Origin: Balanoglossus misakiensis
Taxonomy: Eukaryota; Animalia; Hemichordata
NCBI GenBank assembly: GCA_040954595.2
Contig: CM082583.2
Coordinates: 12,934,987 to 12,998,986 of the forward strand
Length of the DNA: 64,000 nt
Reading direction: 5' to 3'
Part shown: in pieces, positions 13,351 through 35,506 of the stretch
Layout: each line of letters opens with the position of its first letter
Numbering within the stretch: the stretch's first letter is position 1
Notes under the pieces: generated by a model
What the model was told of the DNA's origin: nothing
The model's database searches: none
The model's input: only the letters and a program-made list of their open reading frames with translations
Translations under genes and position numbers: made by a program

Positions 13351-16300
13351 ATGGAGTGGGTTGACTCGACGACGCTGCCGTACCCTTCGAATCGCGACAC
13401 AGATGACAGCCAGAGAAACGACACGAGAAATGAGTTCCGAATTTTACTCTCCGACCTGATGAGCAACTCAAGTGTTCATGGTCTGCCAAACATTCACCGA
13501 GCTGAAAGTTTGTCCAAGAGAGTATTTTGGACGCTTTCATTTCTGGCCGCTGTCGGCCTGTTTGTAGGATTCAGCTCAGATCTGATCACCAAGTATTACG
13601 CACGCGGTGTTGACGTGGACATTGAGGTTGACTTTGAACGAGACTTGACGTTCCCGGCAGTTACAATCTGCAATATGAATCCGTTGAGGAAATCATTGCT
13701 GGATGAGAATCAAACAGAGCGTCTGCTGTCTATGATCAGACGTCCACCGATGACTGATGAGGGCGTGGCAAGCAACCTGACGAACGCAACACCTGTGAAT
13801 AACACTCGGACCAATTTGAGAAACCAGGTGAGAATTTAACACCGCGACACAAGCTATATACGGCCCATCGTTGTCACTTTCGCAATCACCAAGATTGTAA
13901 TTTAAATGGTTATTGAAAGCAAATGATGGACTGCACATTTATCTTGATGTTTGACCAGGTCACCCATACACTAAAGGGAATTGTGCAATAAAAAAGTGAT
14001 GTAATGTTTGCTTTGACTTAAAACCCCATTTAATTTCGAATTCCGTCTATCATCTCACACGAAACTGACAGCAGCGTTGATAAGCTTTGCCAGTGAAAGG
14101 GATATTAAGTGCCAATGAATGTCAATTTCGTTATTGTCACCCGTTGCGCATGCTATCAATCTGATGAATACAAAAGACTTTTATATTTATTATGTCAATA
14201 AAACATTCCGGCCGAGTAATACTAGGCAACTACTTTGTGTGGTTTTCATATTCCACTGAAAGGATTAGACGGTTGCTTTGAGGTGATTGTGTAAATATGG
14301 AATGACCAATGGTTTTATGTGTCTATAACATCTTTTAATGATACCGTTTAATTAATGTTTCAATTTGCGGGGTAAGTCATGATTAATGGAGCCCTTTCTG
14401 TTCATCCATGTCAGTGTAAGGGGGGGGGGGGGGGGGGGGTCCTGAGTGATGAATTTTGAAGGCCACAGATGTGGCCTTTCCGTCAAAGAGAACAATTACG
14501 TGTACAGGTGTATAATGTAAGAGTTTGTCCTTTCGTATCATATATGCTGGACCATCTGTGCTTGATTCTATCTTTGGCAAGGGCGGCAGTAAATAAGGGT
14601 TTGCTCGTCGTATCAGCTCGGTGACAATCACACTTTGTGTTACATTGTCTCTTGCAGGCGTTGTATTTCACCCAATGTTTGCTAATATTTGTTCGCTACT
14701 ATATTACAATACATTTTCATTAAGCGTACTCCATCGGGTGGCTGTTATGTGCATCATAATTACTGTATCTAAATGAAAGGCTGCAGTACAAAAACAAGGT
14801 ATAAAATGTAATGTAAGATCATTGCTGGCCTGTCTGTGGCCATTGACCTTCTAAAATTTACATCGAATGATACACGTCATTGACAGAATGGTTGTTAACC
14901 AAAGTCTCACAAACAACAACAACATTAGCATCTAAATACAAAACACAATTGTTCAGAAATTAGAAATACATGTACCTGCACCTTTCACTAATGTCAGTCG
15001 AAAATAGCAATAAAACATGTTTACGTATAACGATAATACATACGATGTACACATGTCCATGGCTAACTTTTGTTTTGTATCGCAAGTGCATTGTGTCATG
15101 ACGTCATCGCGCATATTTGTTCACGGCCGAGCTAGTCAGGGTTCAAGCACAGAAAGATATCTGATTGCAACATATCCAATTCCAACAACCAACAGACGCG
15201 GTCATCGAGTGATTTCAATCACTGGGACAACATCGACGGAGACTTCTACACATCTCCAACGTTGTCATGGGTGATGCAAAAACAAGTTGAAGAATACCTT
15301 GCTGACCTAACACCTGCCAATAGACAGAGGATCGGTCATCAGTTAGAAGATTTGCTTGTCAGTTGTCAATGGAATGATGTGGAATGTTCACCACGGTAAG
15401 CTATTTGGGGGAGGGGGAGGGGGAGGGGGTACGTGCACTGGCCGGGAACAATGAACCCATACAGCTCAGTATCGTCAGGTGTGTATTATACACACATTGA
15501 TTGGCTGACAAGGTAACTGTTGACCGATAATTCCTCTTTGTATGTAGTGGTGTCAACTTGACGCATCCCACGTGTACGTGACTGCACATCTATATTTATA
15601 TACGTCTGGATTGTGGAATTTTGTGTTTGTCCTGAATGGTTGTGTTCATTGTTTTCCAGAAATTTCACTCACTTTTTGAACACGATATACAGCAACTGTT
15701 ACACATTTAATGGTCAACCTCATGAGGGAGAATACCTTTCCACAAACTACCCAGGCTTTTTCTATGGTACGACATTTTTCATTATATAATTATAATTATA
15801 CAACAGTTGGTTTTCTAATTGTTTAACAGTAAACTTACAATTGATTTTCATTTCATTCATTTTTCGAATCGTTTTACGTTGAACAGCGAAGGAGATTTAG
15901 TCGTTGGTTTCTCAATCTACACGTAACAATGTTTTCACAGGTTTGACATTAGAGTTATTTATCGAACAAGACGAGTATCTGCAAGGCTTGATTGAATTTG
16001 CCGGCGTTCGGGTTACCATTCACCCGCAAGACAACGTCCCCTTCCCTGAAGATGACGGATTTAATGTTGAACCCGGAAAACTCACATCGATCGGCATAAT
16101 CATGGTAGAGTTGGGCGAGTGGAACTCTATTGACAGTGTCGACATTTCAATATACCTCCCATAGCTATAACGCACGGATTTTCAAAATGGCAATATTTTC
16201 AATTTTGAGTACAACACCTTAGTGAAGTTTATGATTACTTAAATATAAAGTACTCATGGATATTTATATCGCGCATCACAGGGGAAAGTTGTACGACTGC

Positions 16301-18367
16301 CTGATCCTTACACGGACTGCATCGAAGATGAAAGTGACAGGATGACTGTTTTTGCAGGGGGATACTCTGTGGAGGTGAGGATTATTTTCTTACAGATACC
16401 CTCCCCCTCCCCTGAAGATTTCTTTCGAGATTTCAGGCACGGCCAGTTCACCATGGCCGTGGCCCACACTCGTGTGGACATTGGCATCTTTTCATTTATA
16501 GTTAAATGTGTTTCTACACAGGCTTGTATGAAAAGCTGCTTGCTAACATACATTGCCAGTGTATGCAACTGTACGGACGGCCGATACCCTAAACCAAAAG
16601 GATACGATGACGTTGGCCATTGTCTGTATGAGAACATCGACGACCGTACGTATATTGTAAAATAAAGCATATTGTAACTGACGTTTCCTACTTGTTTCCC
16701 GGACCTGGTAATATGTTTATCTCGAATGCAAATGATTGGACCTCTTTTGGTGACATAGAACGCATTCCGATGTAGTCACGAACAGGGTCGGAAGTTGTGT
16801 CTAAAATGCAAACCGAACTTTTATTTATGAAATTATATTACAGACACTTGCAAAGCCATGGCGGACCGTCTATACCAGAACAATGGTCTGCAATGTGATT
16901 GTCCTCCCAAATGTGTGTAAGTTTACCCCGTATGCGACATTTCCGAGTTTCACAATTTCCCAATACAGAATACCCCGACTACAGAAATTTACAGGAATAC
17001 ATTTTGTATCTCGTACTTAATTGTTTATATTCCATGTCTATCAAATCAGCTATTGTTAACACGTGCATTTTCTAATAAGTCACATGATTTTGCATTCAGG
17101 TCTGTGACATACTCCAAAGAGATATCGTCAGGGTTTTGGCCATCCTTAAATTCCAGGGTAAGTGAATTTCAATGATCTACAATACACAGTGCAGATCGAT
17201 TGGATTTCACACCAATCAGCTGTACGATGACTCCAATAGTGTGATTTTGCCTTTTCTGTTGTTACAGTTGGATTAGTCTGGGCATGACGAGTTGACCAGA
17301 CAAACCACGCAAACTCAACAAAACAGAATAACACATATATTCAATTTCCGTTCTTTGCAAAATACAGGAGTTGGTTGTTGACACCTTGAAGAGCAGAAGT
17401 TCAAAGATACAACTCTTACTTGAAGAGGATGAAGGGACAGAAGAGGACCTATTGGGGTAAACCATCCATCTACACACACATGTCCAGTAGTACAACTCTT
17501 TGTCATTTTTGATATAAAACATACTCCTATAACGTAAAATGTAGATGTGTCAAAAGTTTCCGTATTATTCGCAGTACCTTGCACAGGATTTTGCTACCTA
17601 GATGAATGGTTAGAAGCTTGTGGGCCACAGTTTACAAGATTCTTCTTTCTGAATCCTCCACAGGCAGAATTTACTGAAGCTACAAATTTACTTCCAAGAT
17701 TTGAATCATCAATTCGTGACACAATCTGAGGCATACTCGGTAATAATGTTTTGCATTGCTATTTCATTGCCATGGTTGTCAGGGGTATTGTACAACGTTT
17801 AGCCTAACTAGATGATGTTGTGGATGATGATGATGATGACGATGACAGTGACGACGACGTTGATGACGATGATAATCCTTCGGGGAGCAATATAGAATAT
17901 ACGCATGCATATTTGCGTCTATAAATGTCAAACGCCATACTTGAAACCCCAGTATAACTGTCTACCCTATCAAAATCGCACAGATTGTTCACACTTCAGG
18001 CCCAGTGATCATTTGATCGATTGCACGCCACCTACCGATTTTATCTTTATATGTACAGAGCACAGACTTGTTGAGTGATATTGGTGGAAATCTTGGACTT
18101 TGGATCGGCCTGTCCGTCCTTACCGTGATGGAATTCTTGGAGTTCATTTTCGACATGTTTGCCATGTTAAAGTCGCATTGTTCGAGACAACGCCGGCCGA
18201 AGACGGACGTGGAGCAGCGGGCAACGAGTGAAAGGCGGTCGTATAGCAACAATGGTGGACAGATTCTGACGTCCGTAGAGGGCGACGTTTATTATGTTCA
18301 ACGAAGGACCGATGCTCGCGCTGATGTGTTCTCCTCACAAAACAATTTCCGGAGTTATTGGACGTAA
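13351..18367 (+). CDS. DEG/ENaC (amiloride-sensitive sodium channel family) subunit, ~11 exons
   Basis: Pre-TM1 HG motif (SSVHGLPNI), TM1, FPAVTICNMN, GHQLEDLLVSCQW (15136-15395), YSNCYTFN, GLTLELFIEQDEY..GVRVTIHPQ..PFPEDDG, Cys-rich thumb exons, WPS, NLLKLQIYFQDLN (~17664-17739), and TM2 LLSDIGGNLGLWIGLSVLT with a GxS filter. Stop at 18365-18367. Confidence 0.95.
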
Positions 18368-19721
18368 CATCAATCGGTTCATATGTTCATTTGATCTAGA
18401 AATAAAACGACGAGTAAAACACCGATGTAAACGATTATCTCGCCATAGGTCAGGAGCAACGACATCTGGCCAGCCTGACTGAACAGATCACAACTCGAAG
18501 AGGTGACAAAAACCGACTGAATATACATGCCAACAGACGTACCGCGTGATACTGTACAATTTGTCGACGGATTGTGTTTTACATATGAAAAGGTCGTCTA
18601 TTATCTAGACATATAATTAGGAAAGTGATTCATCGGTCGACGATGTTTGTACAATACAGACCAGTTCACATACCAAGAAAATTTCAAGAGACGAGGGTTC
18701 CCGAGGTCGATCAAAATGATGTCACGAATAAAATTTCAGGTCACGTCTTGTGTCTCGAGTATCTCAAGTATCACCATTACACGAACAAATTAATTACATT
18801 TTTTCAAAGATGTCCACAAACTTAAAAATACACATAACACGTTAAAATAAAAAAATGTTAGTTATTTCCAAGGCAGTAAAATATCAATCCCGTAATGATA
18901 GCTTATAAAAACAAGATACAGAAGTGATTGACAGCTAATTATTACATATGCCTCACCGATCAATATGTGTACATGAGGCTCTCTAGGATTATTTTCAACG
19001 TATTGTGCATTTTCTTATATATTAAAATTAAAAGGAATATATAATAATGAGTCAATTTTAAGTTCATCCCATTCCCATACATGACCGCCAGTTGACAGGT
19101 CCATAGATATTCTCGAATAAAAATACTTGTTCAAAGAAAAAATGGCTCCTCCAATATCAAAATCAGTTGGAAATACCAACGTTTTTAAAACCTGGTCAGT
19201 TTTTTAACAATCTTCATATTGCTTGTTTTGATGAATTATATACCATTCATTTTTAGTTTGCACTTGTATTCACGTTTGAACTGACGTTGATAATCCCGCG
19301 CCATGACAATCTGTCACGCCGTGTCACCTTCATGCATGGAAACTGATGAAGAGATCGTCGACTCCTCCCATAATTTGGACGATTGCTTTCGTCAATCTCA
19401 GCATTAGCAATCAACGTGATGATATCAGTTGAATAGCATTGTCGCTCACGAATTTCCCGACTTCACATCCCTTGCACGCGGGTTTTTGCAAACAACTCCC
19501 AAGTAGATGGTACATCAGTACCCGTTCTGGACAGGACACCAGCCATGTTCTAACGATATTATGCACCAAAACATTTCAGCTTGGCACCAAAAAGAATATA
19601 TCTGGGATCTGTAGGCGCATTTATCGACAGATTGAGTCCAAAAGTGTACAAAGGAAATGTAGTCTACATTTAACTTAGAAGGTATAGAAATCTGAACCAA
19701 GCTTACGGCTGTCCGATTTGA

Positions 19722-22700
19722 CTACGGTTCGTCGTCTGCAAAATATTCATATTTCGGTATGAATTCCACGTCTCCATAAGGATCCTCCCCGTCAGTTTCG
19801 TCGACGATTGAAATGCTTCGGCTGTATTGTTTATATTGTGGTCGGGCTGTGGAAAAGAAGAGAAAAAAGAGCAAGTCAGTCTGGGTGATTGAGATAGGTT
19901 AACTACGTCTGACTCAGCTGGTCTAGCATCGGCGTCACTGAGGACTCAGGTGTAAAGAAAAGGTGGACCAGTGGTTGCATACGGCAAAAGAGTGTGGACC
20001 GTGTTAGCGAAGAATTTGGAAGCGTGCTTAAGTCATACATGCCTGTGAATTCATCATGTACAGACTCCTCCGAAGGGAATTTGGCGAGCGGGGATATGTC
20101 CAGCGATGGAGCTTGGTGCAGACGATGCAAAGGTTTGGTTCCAATACAGACTGGCGTTTCAACGACTAAATTGCGCGTGCGTCCACCGGGGAGTACGCCT
20201 TCCACCTGCAAAAAAAGATATGCCGAAATGAGGGACAGACAGCCAGCAATGATTTAACGACACCTAATAAACGTGCCCGTTCTTACTAGAGGAAAAGTTG
20301 TGCGTTTTTCATGTACACCTCTCATGAATATCGTTGGTGGATGGTGTATCACGGCGGAAGAAAAGATGTTAGGAAATGTGCTCAATCATACCTTCACATA
20401 ATATTGTAAATCGATGAGGTCACATGCAAATAAACCACTGGCTGGGATTGGTGGAATATGTATATGGGTCTGCCATACTGGATAATTGATTAAATCGTGC
20501 CCGGTACTCGTTGATGTCGTGACGATTTCTCTTGACCTTCGGAGGTTGATGGCTTTGCCAGTCCTGGCTCCGAACGCCGTGAACTTGGCATCCTGTGTGG
20601 TAAAGATATAGTGTGTTTAGTAAACATTAAAGGAAATTTCAAATCGATTAGACATAAAACACAACTATAAATACGTCACCATACTTTTTTACCTGAATAA
20701 GATAAGTTTGTATCTTGTGGACTTTTCTGTTGCTGTTTTCCAACGTCACAGTCACAGCTATGTCATTGCCCGCTACAAAGCCTTTCCGTTGAAGGGTGAC
20801 TGACATAGTCATCGGTCGTGACAGACATCGTAGACAACCGGCAGGTTTCAGGGCTTGCGAATACACTGGAGCCTGCGGGGAGATACAAGTCAGAAAAGTT
20901 ATGACCAGATGTAAACTGACTGTGTTCTCGTGTTTAATCTTAATGATATAACAAATCAGTGCACTGCCACATAATTGAAGTGGAAAAGTACCACGGGGTC
21001 AGAAGTGTCTCATACTTATTATTGAGAAGTCACGTCTCAGAGAGAGGTCGTGAAATGTCGATCTGTGGCATGCAAAATATCATGGCCACAAGGAACGGCT
21101 ATAATAGGGTGGTCCCAGAATGATTTGATGTCGTCATTACCTTTGCATTGGGCACTTTATTTGGATCCAAGGTCGCTCCGGTCATGGTGAACACCTTCTT
21201 GGAATGCAGCTGCTTTCCGGACATGAGATCGAGGGTGGCTCTGACACAGTACCTGACATGCCCGTATTTCCCCTCGAACGAGGACGGCATGGTTTTGTCC
21301 GGCAACTTCCAGCGGAACGGGAATCGGTGAATTCCGCTGGGCAAATTCCAGCCGCCTGTTCTTTTCCTTGGATCTGTGGTGAGGTGGGAATGGGAAACGT
21401 AATCCTTATAATTAATAAATTCGGAATTTTGTAGCTAAATAATACAAGTCAAGTTTGGAATGAAACTAAAATAGGTGCTGAACATAAATTGTAAAATTGG
21501 ATCACGTGTTGTTTATCATGTGCCACATGAGAATGTCCTCCCATACAAAATATCTGTTCCGTGAGGTATATTAACGGCGACCCAGTATTCTCCATCAGTT
21601 TATATAAGCAACTGAGCTACCCACTCCAAAGCCTCATGGCCTCTTGAAAGTCATACCGAGTGTGGAAATCACTTAAACTATAACTATAAGTTATTCGAAC
21701 CTTTAGAGATGTCGTTCGTTGTGGCATTACAGTAGTTATAACCTCTTAGTCGTGATTGTCATGTCATGAATTAAAACAATAAATCAGATCAACAAAAATC
21801 GTTGATTGACAGAAGGATCTTATTTAGGAATACTATACGATTTGAACGCATAACAATCGTCGGGTATTTTTGGCTCAAGTATGACTATCTACCGCAGAAT
21901 GTTTACATTTCATCCTTGTTTCGTCACAAGGGATCCGTTCTCGATCGACCGACGGTGGTTATGTGACTTCTGCTAAAGGTAAATATAGATTTTTAATTGG
22001 TCCATTCAATTATGTAGGAATGCCAGCTGCTTGGCTTCTAATGTCCATAAGCTGATCATTTAGCAGGGATGTGGAGTTAGCATGCGTGTGTCTGTAATCC
22101 AAGGGGTCTATTCAAATATTTCTGAAATGCTGCCTTGATACATGATATCATAACTAAGGGTTCTACATTCGAGCTCGCTCCCTTAAATCGAATGAGAAGC
22201 TGTATATAATGCTACTATCTGAAATGAAGATGTCTGGGTTCATGATCATTACTTACAACGTTGAAACACTCACGCACATCTCATGATTGCAGAGTCCTTG
22301 ACATGCGATGGCACGCTCTTAGGCGAGTCTCATAATACGTGTGAAATTGGATCTCTACTGTCGTGAAGGGAATGTGTCCTAGGGGGAGATCTTACCGTTT
22401 TCCAGCAACGTCACAACGTGATCAAAGTAGACCTCTTTGGAAATGAAATTGGCGATTCTACCGTCGTATTCCTCGGACCAGTTTACCCTTGCCATTCCCA
22501 GAAATCTCGCCAGTAAACCTGAAATAATCGAGAGAAAAAAGCCAGAAGAAACTGTCAATATCTTTTCAAAGCAGGTTTATATATAATTACCAGGCCATAG
22601 TCTGTCTGTCTGTCTGTCTGTCACGTGGGCTGGGCTTTGGTGGAATAAAATATAGACAAAACCAGCAAAATACGGCAACCACTGACTAACTTAAACAGGA

Positions 22701-25531
22701 ACACCCTCTGGACCTCAGAGAAAGAGCACACACACGCACGTTGTTTGATGCATCTGACCAAATTGAACTGACATTGATATACAAACATCTGTGGCAGTGA
22801 GAGAAACTAAAGCTCCATGTGTTGACTAGAAATAGCTTGTGGGTAGTTTTTATTAGCGTCGTGAGCTCGGTGTCGGTGTCGGTGAGGTTTGCTATTTTAC
22901 GAACATCTCGTGCCATGGTATTATAATTGGGGCATTCTTGACTGCCTGGTCTTCTAATCGAATCAAGCGTAGTATATAAACAGTTCAAACGATGGCAGCT
23001 CTGTCCGCATTTAATATACACATCCTGACCTAAATCACTTCGTGCTCAGTTGATAGGCGTTTCATGACACAGTGTAAGGCAAAAAGGCCAACGTTTATTC
23101 TTTTTATGGCTTTCCATATAGATCTTGAGTTTAGGGTCGAGCGACACGGGGTCGTTTAGGTTAACACGCGTGTATGCGAGACTTGGTAAATTGGAACTTT
23201 TTCAGCTGTGTAACGGAATTCTACTTTGACAGTAGTACTCTATCTTTACTGTCTTAATTGCGACAACACATGTGGCTTGATTTTATTTGAAAACTGGTGT
23301 GGAAGTCTTAACCTCATTCCGGGTGTCGCACATGCGCATTCTCTTGCCATTGCTAACAGCAATCGCTGCCAGTGAAAGTTAACTTATGAAAATAACGCCA
23401 AAAGACAGTTATTGGACGTTAAATACTAAGGAAGACACCGGATTGATACAGACAGCACTATTGCTCAGAATGGATTTCAACATTTATGTTCTATAATCAA
23501 CCGATGCTTTTTTCTCTTACTAATATCAACTTTCAGAAAGACAAACATACGGACAGGCAAAAATAGTAAGCAAGGTCCCCACTGATATTGCCTCAATTAA
23601 TCAATAATTTCCAGGGCTCATATTTCTCTAAGGGCATATGAATATCAATTTCCTCGTATTTATTACCGACATCTCCTGGTTGAAGTTATGCAGATTATTT
23701 TAGTTTTAATTGGCTGCAAAGTGGTCAACTTTAATGAAGCACTGCATTTTGCTAAATACCGCTTTACGTAATCGTCTGTCCGCGCGCTGTAAGTGACTTC
23801 ATAATATGTCATGCACTCGTGACAATCGACGGGGCGACATGTGTACACAGGTTTTACATATATTAGGTCAGGCTTCCTTTCGGTAAAATCTGTGGACTTA
23901 TTGACCGCAAAATGCCAGAACACTGGCGCTGAAGATATTTCTGCCGCGGGAGATATGACAGTCATCACATAAAAATGTCCCGAGGCAAAGTATTATACAC
24001 ACCCCGTAGACAGTAGGTCATCGAGGGCGTTTTTCTTTTTGAGATAAGCATTCAAAAGATAAAATACGACTTTCTCTGGAGACATTTTTTTGGCCAGGTC
24101 TTGTTGTATTATCCATTGATAGCCTCTGCAAAAGCCCTGCATTTATCTCCGGGGTCAAATGCTACTGTAATACAAACATGGCCGATAACAGACACTTATC
24201 CGCGCCTGAAAAGCTGCGCGGAGTGACGCATCCCTGCCTCCTCTGGCCGCGCACAAAACAGTGATTTTTTGTGAACAGAACGTTTCATGGCTTGAACTGT
24301 TAAATTTTGTCACACGAGGCAGTTTTCCCCAAGTTCCCCGGACAGCATTGATAATTCCACTTACATTTGTATCATGCAAAGGTATTTGTATGTTTGTCTG
24401 TCACGCAGCCTGGATTAATCGAGGCATTTGTTGTACGCTGCACTGTGGCAAGGATTCCGAGTACCGTGTTAAATGACAGAGGGATGGGTAGGCCTACAAC
24501 ATTTAATTTGTGAACTAAGGGTGGGCGTATGTGAAAGCCGAATGAAAACTGCGCCAGAACCGTCGGACAAGTACTATCAGTCAAATTATGCACTAATATT
24601 CGAAATAAACGAAAGTGTTTGAAACTATTCTTATGTAACCCACGCCCCTCTCTCCATTCAAAAAACTGTTTCCATTGGTTATTTTCCATCACTAACAAGA
24701 TTTTTATTCGTCCTGCAGCATGTCGACATACATAGAATGTACAGTATATGTAGGGCGTTTCTTTGGGCCCAAGGTTGTCGCAGTATCGAGCACACTTCTG
24801 TATCAGAACGCTTCTTTCTCTGTTTACATAGACGCCGGGCTGAAGAATGTCAGAGGAGGCGAACGCGGTTGTGCGAGCGATATTATTCATGGAGTTTTTG
24901 CAACTCGGGCAAAAGTGACGATTGGTGACAAGCGGTGGCAGAAAGGCTGACCGAGTTTCACGTCGTAAAGTAGTCGCTAATTACTTGTACCAAAACACGC
25001 GGAAAGCTAATCATCGTTAAACGTTGTTTTAAATAATTCTCTATAGAGGCAGGCGAGAGCCAATTCCCAGGGGCCGTGTCCTGATGTACAAGTAAAATAA
25101 CAGTGTGTCACATAAACATCTCTTGTACAACAGGAGGGATCACAAACAGGCTCATTTGATCCCGAAATAGTGTGGGCGTTGTCTAAACGCCAACCCAGAC
25201 TAACCGGGGATTTAGGCAAACGCAGCAAAGCCACTGGCTGTTCAAATGGAAGATTTTGCAAAGCCAGCAAATTCACGGTTGCCATATTTAATGCAGTCGC
25301 ATTTCACTGCCGGCATGGTGTCCGTTCTGTATACCACTGGGGAAGAAATCCGATAGTGGTGGTATACACACATGAAAGACGGACGGAATGGACGGATATA
25401 AAAAGCCTACCTTTGCACGGGAAAGACTGCGACGATTCCACGATAACCCGGCCGGACACCTCGTCACCTGGACTGAAAACATCCCGGTTGTCGTCCAGAA
25501 GAACGCGGAACGTTTTCAAGTATGGCGGCAT
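19722..25531 (-). CDS. Alpha-arrestin (ARRDC family) paralog 1, 7 exons
   Basis: Exons ~25411-25531 (VFSPGDEVSGRVIV), ~22396-22518 (GMARVNWSE..EVYF), ~21141-21373 (GIHRFPF..PSSFEGKYGHVRY), ~20693-20872, ~20393-20593 (IPPIPAS..LIDLQYYVK), ~20044-20205 (PVCIGTKPL) and ~19722-19846 (..PYGDVEFIPKYEYFADDEP*). Confidence 0.9.
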
Positions 25532-27856
25532 TGTCAGTCAGTCGGTTCCACGGGATGAACTCGAGCGGATTCGCAGCGCAGCTTCTACGCCCTGGTGCAG
25601 TACGACCGGTGTAACATAAGCAGGCTGTTTGAGGCTGGCTTTTACGGGGATTTAGCACAACACCACTCGGAGCAATGTTTGGTATGCCGTGCCCATCAAG
25701 CTCGCTATCGGCGCTTCATCTGGGAGCAGACTACGCATGTCTGTTGACGGACAGAACACCACACGCTTGCTCAATTCAAATGAGATGTATATATGAAAAT
25801 GATTTGCATAGAAGTCTGAAATCCCGTATCACAGATGGCAAAGTGAACACTTTGGGTAGAGATTTTAGACTTTCAGTTATCCAAAATAAAATCAGAAGGC
25901 GTTTTCTCCATTTATTCACAGATTTGTCTGTGTCATAGGTTACAGCATTCGTGCACCTGTTGTACACGTGTTTGAAGAAGGGCTTGACAAATTGAACTGA
26001 CCAATCAAAACCAGACTTTCGAGACCGTTGCACGTCAGCTCAAAGAAGAAAGAAAGAAAGAATGACCAACGCCGAGGAAGCTAGAGTTACTTGGGTATGA
26101 ACATATGATGAGGTGTTCCTGAAAACTATTGAGCGATGTTGATGAATTTTGTGAATGTGAATATGACCTTCTGAAAAGATTGCCCGCTTGGTGTTTTGAG
26201 CCAAACAGCCCCACACTTTACCCGTTATCCTTGAAGCTAAAGTTACAGGGCTGTCAAACATGTAGAACTGATGGTAATTTTTATTAACAAAGGGATATTT
26301 TTATGAGAAGCGGTGAGCCAGTACTTTTTACTCTTTGTCTGTGTGTTAACAATAGAACCAGTGACCCGCAACTGTGTTGACAGGTAATCACGTTTCAACG
26401 GAAAAAAAATGAATATAGTAACGCTTCATTTGTAAAGACAAACAAGGAGTTTCCTGCCAGATGTTTAGCTCAGTTATAGATTGTCTATGTTGTCGCTTTC
26501 AGGAAAGATGTGAAAAACATAGGATTGGCGTTGATTGGTACAATTATTGGCAAATGAGGAGAGTGGTGGGTTTGGAAAACGCACGCAAGCGGAAAGAAGA
26601 TCGTGTGCTGGCGCCCTTGCTACTGGTATTCATGATATCAAGGGTGTGGCCGTCGGATAATGGTCTGTGTGGTTGCTAGGGATAAATTGCCCCTGGCAAC
26701 TACGAACATCCTAAAGGGATATACAGTATGGAACCAATTTCAACATACATGTACATGCACGACCCTTCCGAAATAGCATTCGTTATACAAAATGTACTTA
26801 CATTCTGAGAACAGGAGAGCGCGTTGGTTATGATGTGGTCTCGACCACCTCCTTCCGATCCTCTTCCTATTCATCCTCCTCCACTTCCTGAATTTTATCG
26901 GTATTGTTCCTGCTTCCAGAGAAAATAAAACCTACCCCTTTAAAATAAAACCTGCAGGCTGCAGTGTTACTACGTATCCTTTATTTCCTTGAATGCAATC
27001 GTTTCACAAATATGTTCACAATGCATCACAGAGAGCTCTCTGACAGATGCTGTCTGAAGTGCGCCACAGACGACACACTCGACAAAGTATATTTGTTTCG
27101 GTCCAGACACAAAAACCCTGTATATCTCAACGGAATAACTATACACACAAAAATGGGGCTTTAATATTAGACATGGACAGTATTCTGCCACTACACTATC
27201 GTTTCACGATTACACGATTACGGTAATTAAACAAAGACACAAATTCAAATCACTATTTTCTCTTAAAAGTTGAAGAACGTAGTCTATAGTTTATCGTCGG
27301 CCGTCCTGAGACAGAAACTTTCGGAAGACTTGTAAATGGTGATAATTTACGCACAATCACATCTTTACAGTTCATTCACTAATTTTAGGATCGCATCCCT
27401 CTAATATATAATTACTTATTATAAAAGTTGTATTGTGAGTTGCCCCTTTGTACACGAAAAGACTAATTTCCTAAACAGACAAAACAGACAATAGATAATG
27501 TCAGCAGTTGCAGTTACAATAAATAATATAAATAAATAAGCAAGTAATCTGATTATAGGGCATTTTTCATCACACCAGGCATATGATGTAGCCACAACAG
27601 GAGTACTTTGATCAACAGATTGTTGAGGAACACGCCAAAATTCATATTTGTCTCAAAAGTATACTAGCTTATAATTTAAACAGGAATAACTAGTACGTTT
27701 AAAAATCGACTTTTAAATTATTGAACGGCAGCTTATTAAATGTGTGTAGATCAATTGGAAGCAATGGCTACACAGGAAGGTTTCAACCAAGAACAAAAAA
27801 TGACATCGCAATCGACACATGAATGGAATCGTCCCCAGCAACATGCAACCCAAAGG

Positions 27857-27925
27857 TAGTCTCGGTTACCCAGACGCCTTTGCTTCTTCCGATGAGAAGC
27901 AAAGGCGTCTGGGTAACCGAGACTA
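27857..27925. mobile_element. 69-bp palindromic MITE-like element with 6-bp target-site duplication
   Basis: Perfect 31-bp inverted arms (tagtctcggttacccagacgcctttgcttct at 27857-27887 and its reverse complement at 27895-27925) around a 7-nt loop. Flanked by the direct repeat CAAAGG at 27851-27856 and 27926-27931. Confidence 0.8.
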
Positions 27926-27935
27926 CAAAGGTTGC

Positions 27936-35506
<7,571 letters not shown>

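Noticed and set aside
14419-15429. Poly-G run and (GGGGGA)n G-quadruplex-like tract in DEG/ENaC introns
   Set aside because: Simple low-complexity sequence with no evidence of function; similar runs occur elsewhere (~37007, ~48905).
24372-24890. 172-aa minus-strand ORF in alpha-arrestin 1 intron 1
   Set aside because: No recognisable motif or domain and no supporting splice structure; probably a chance ORF.
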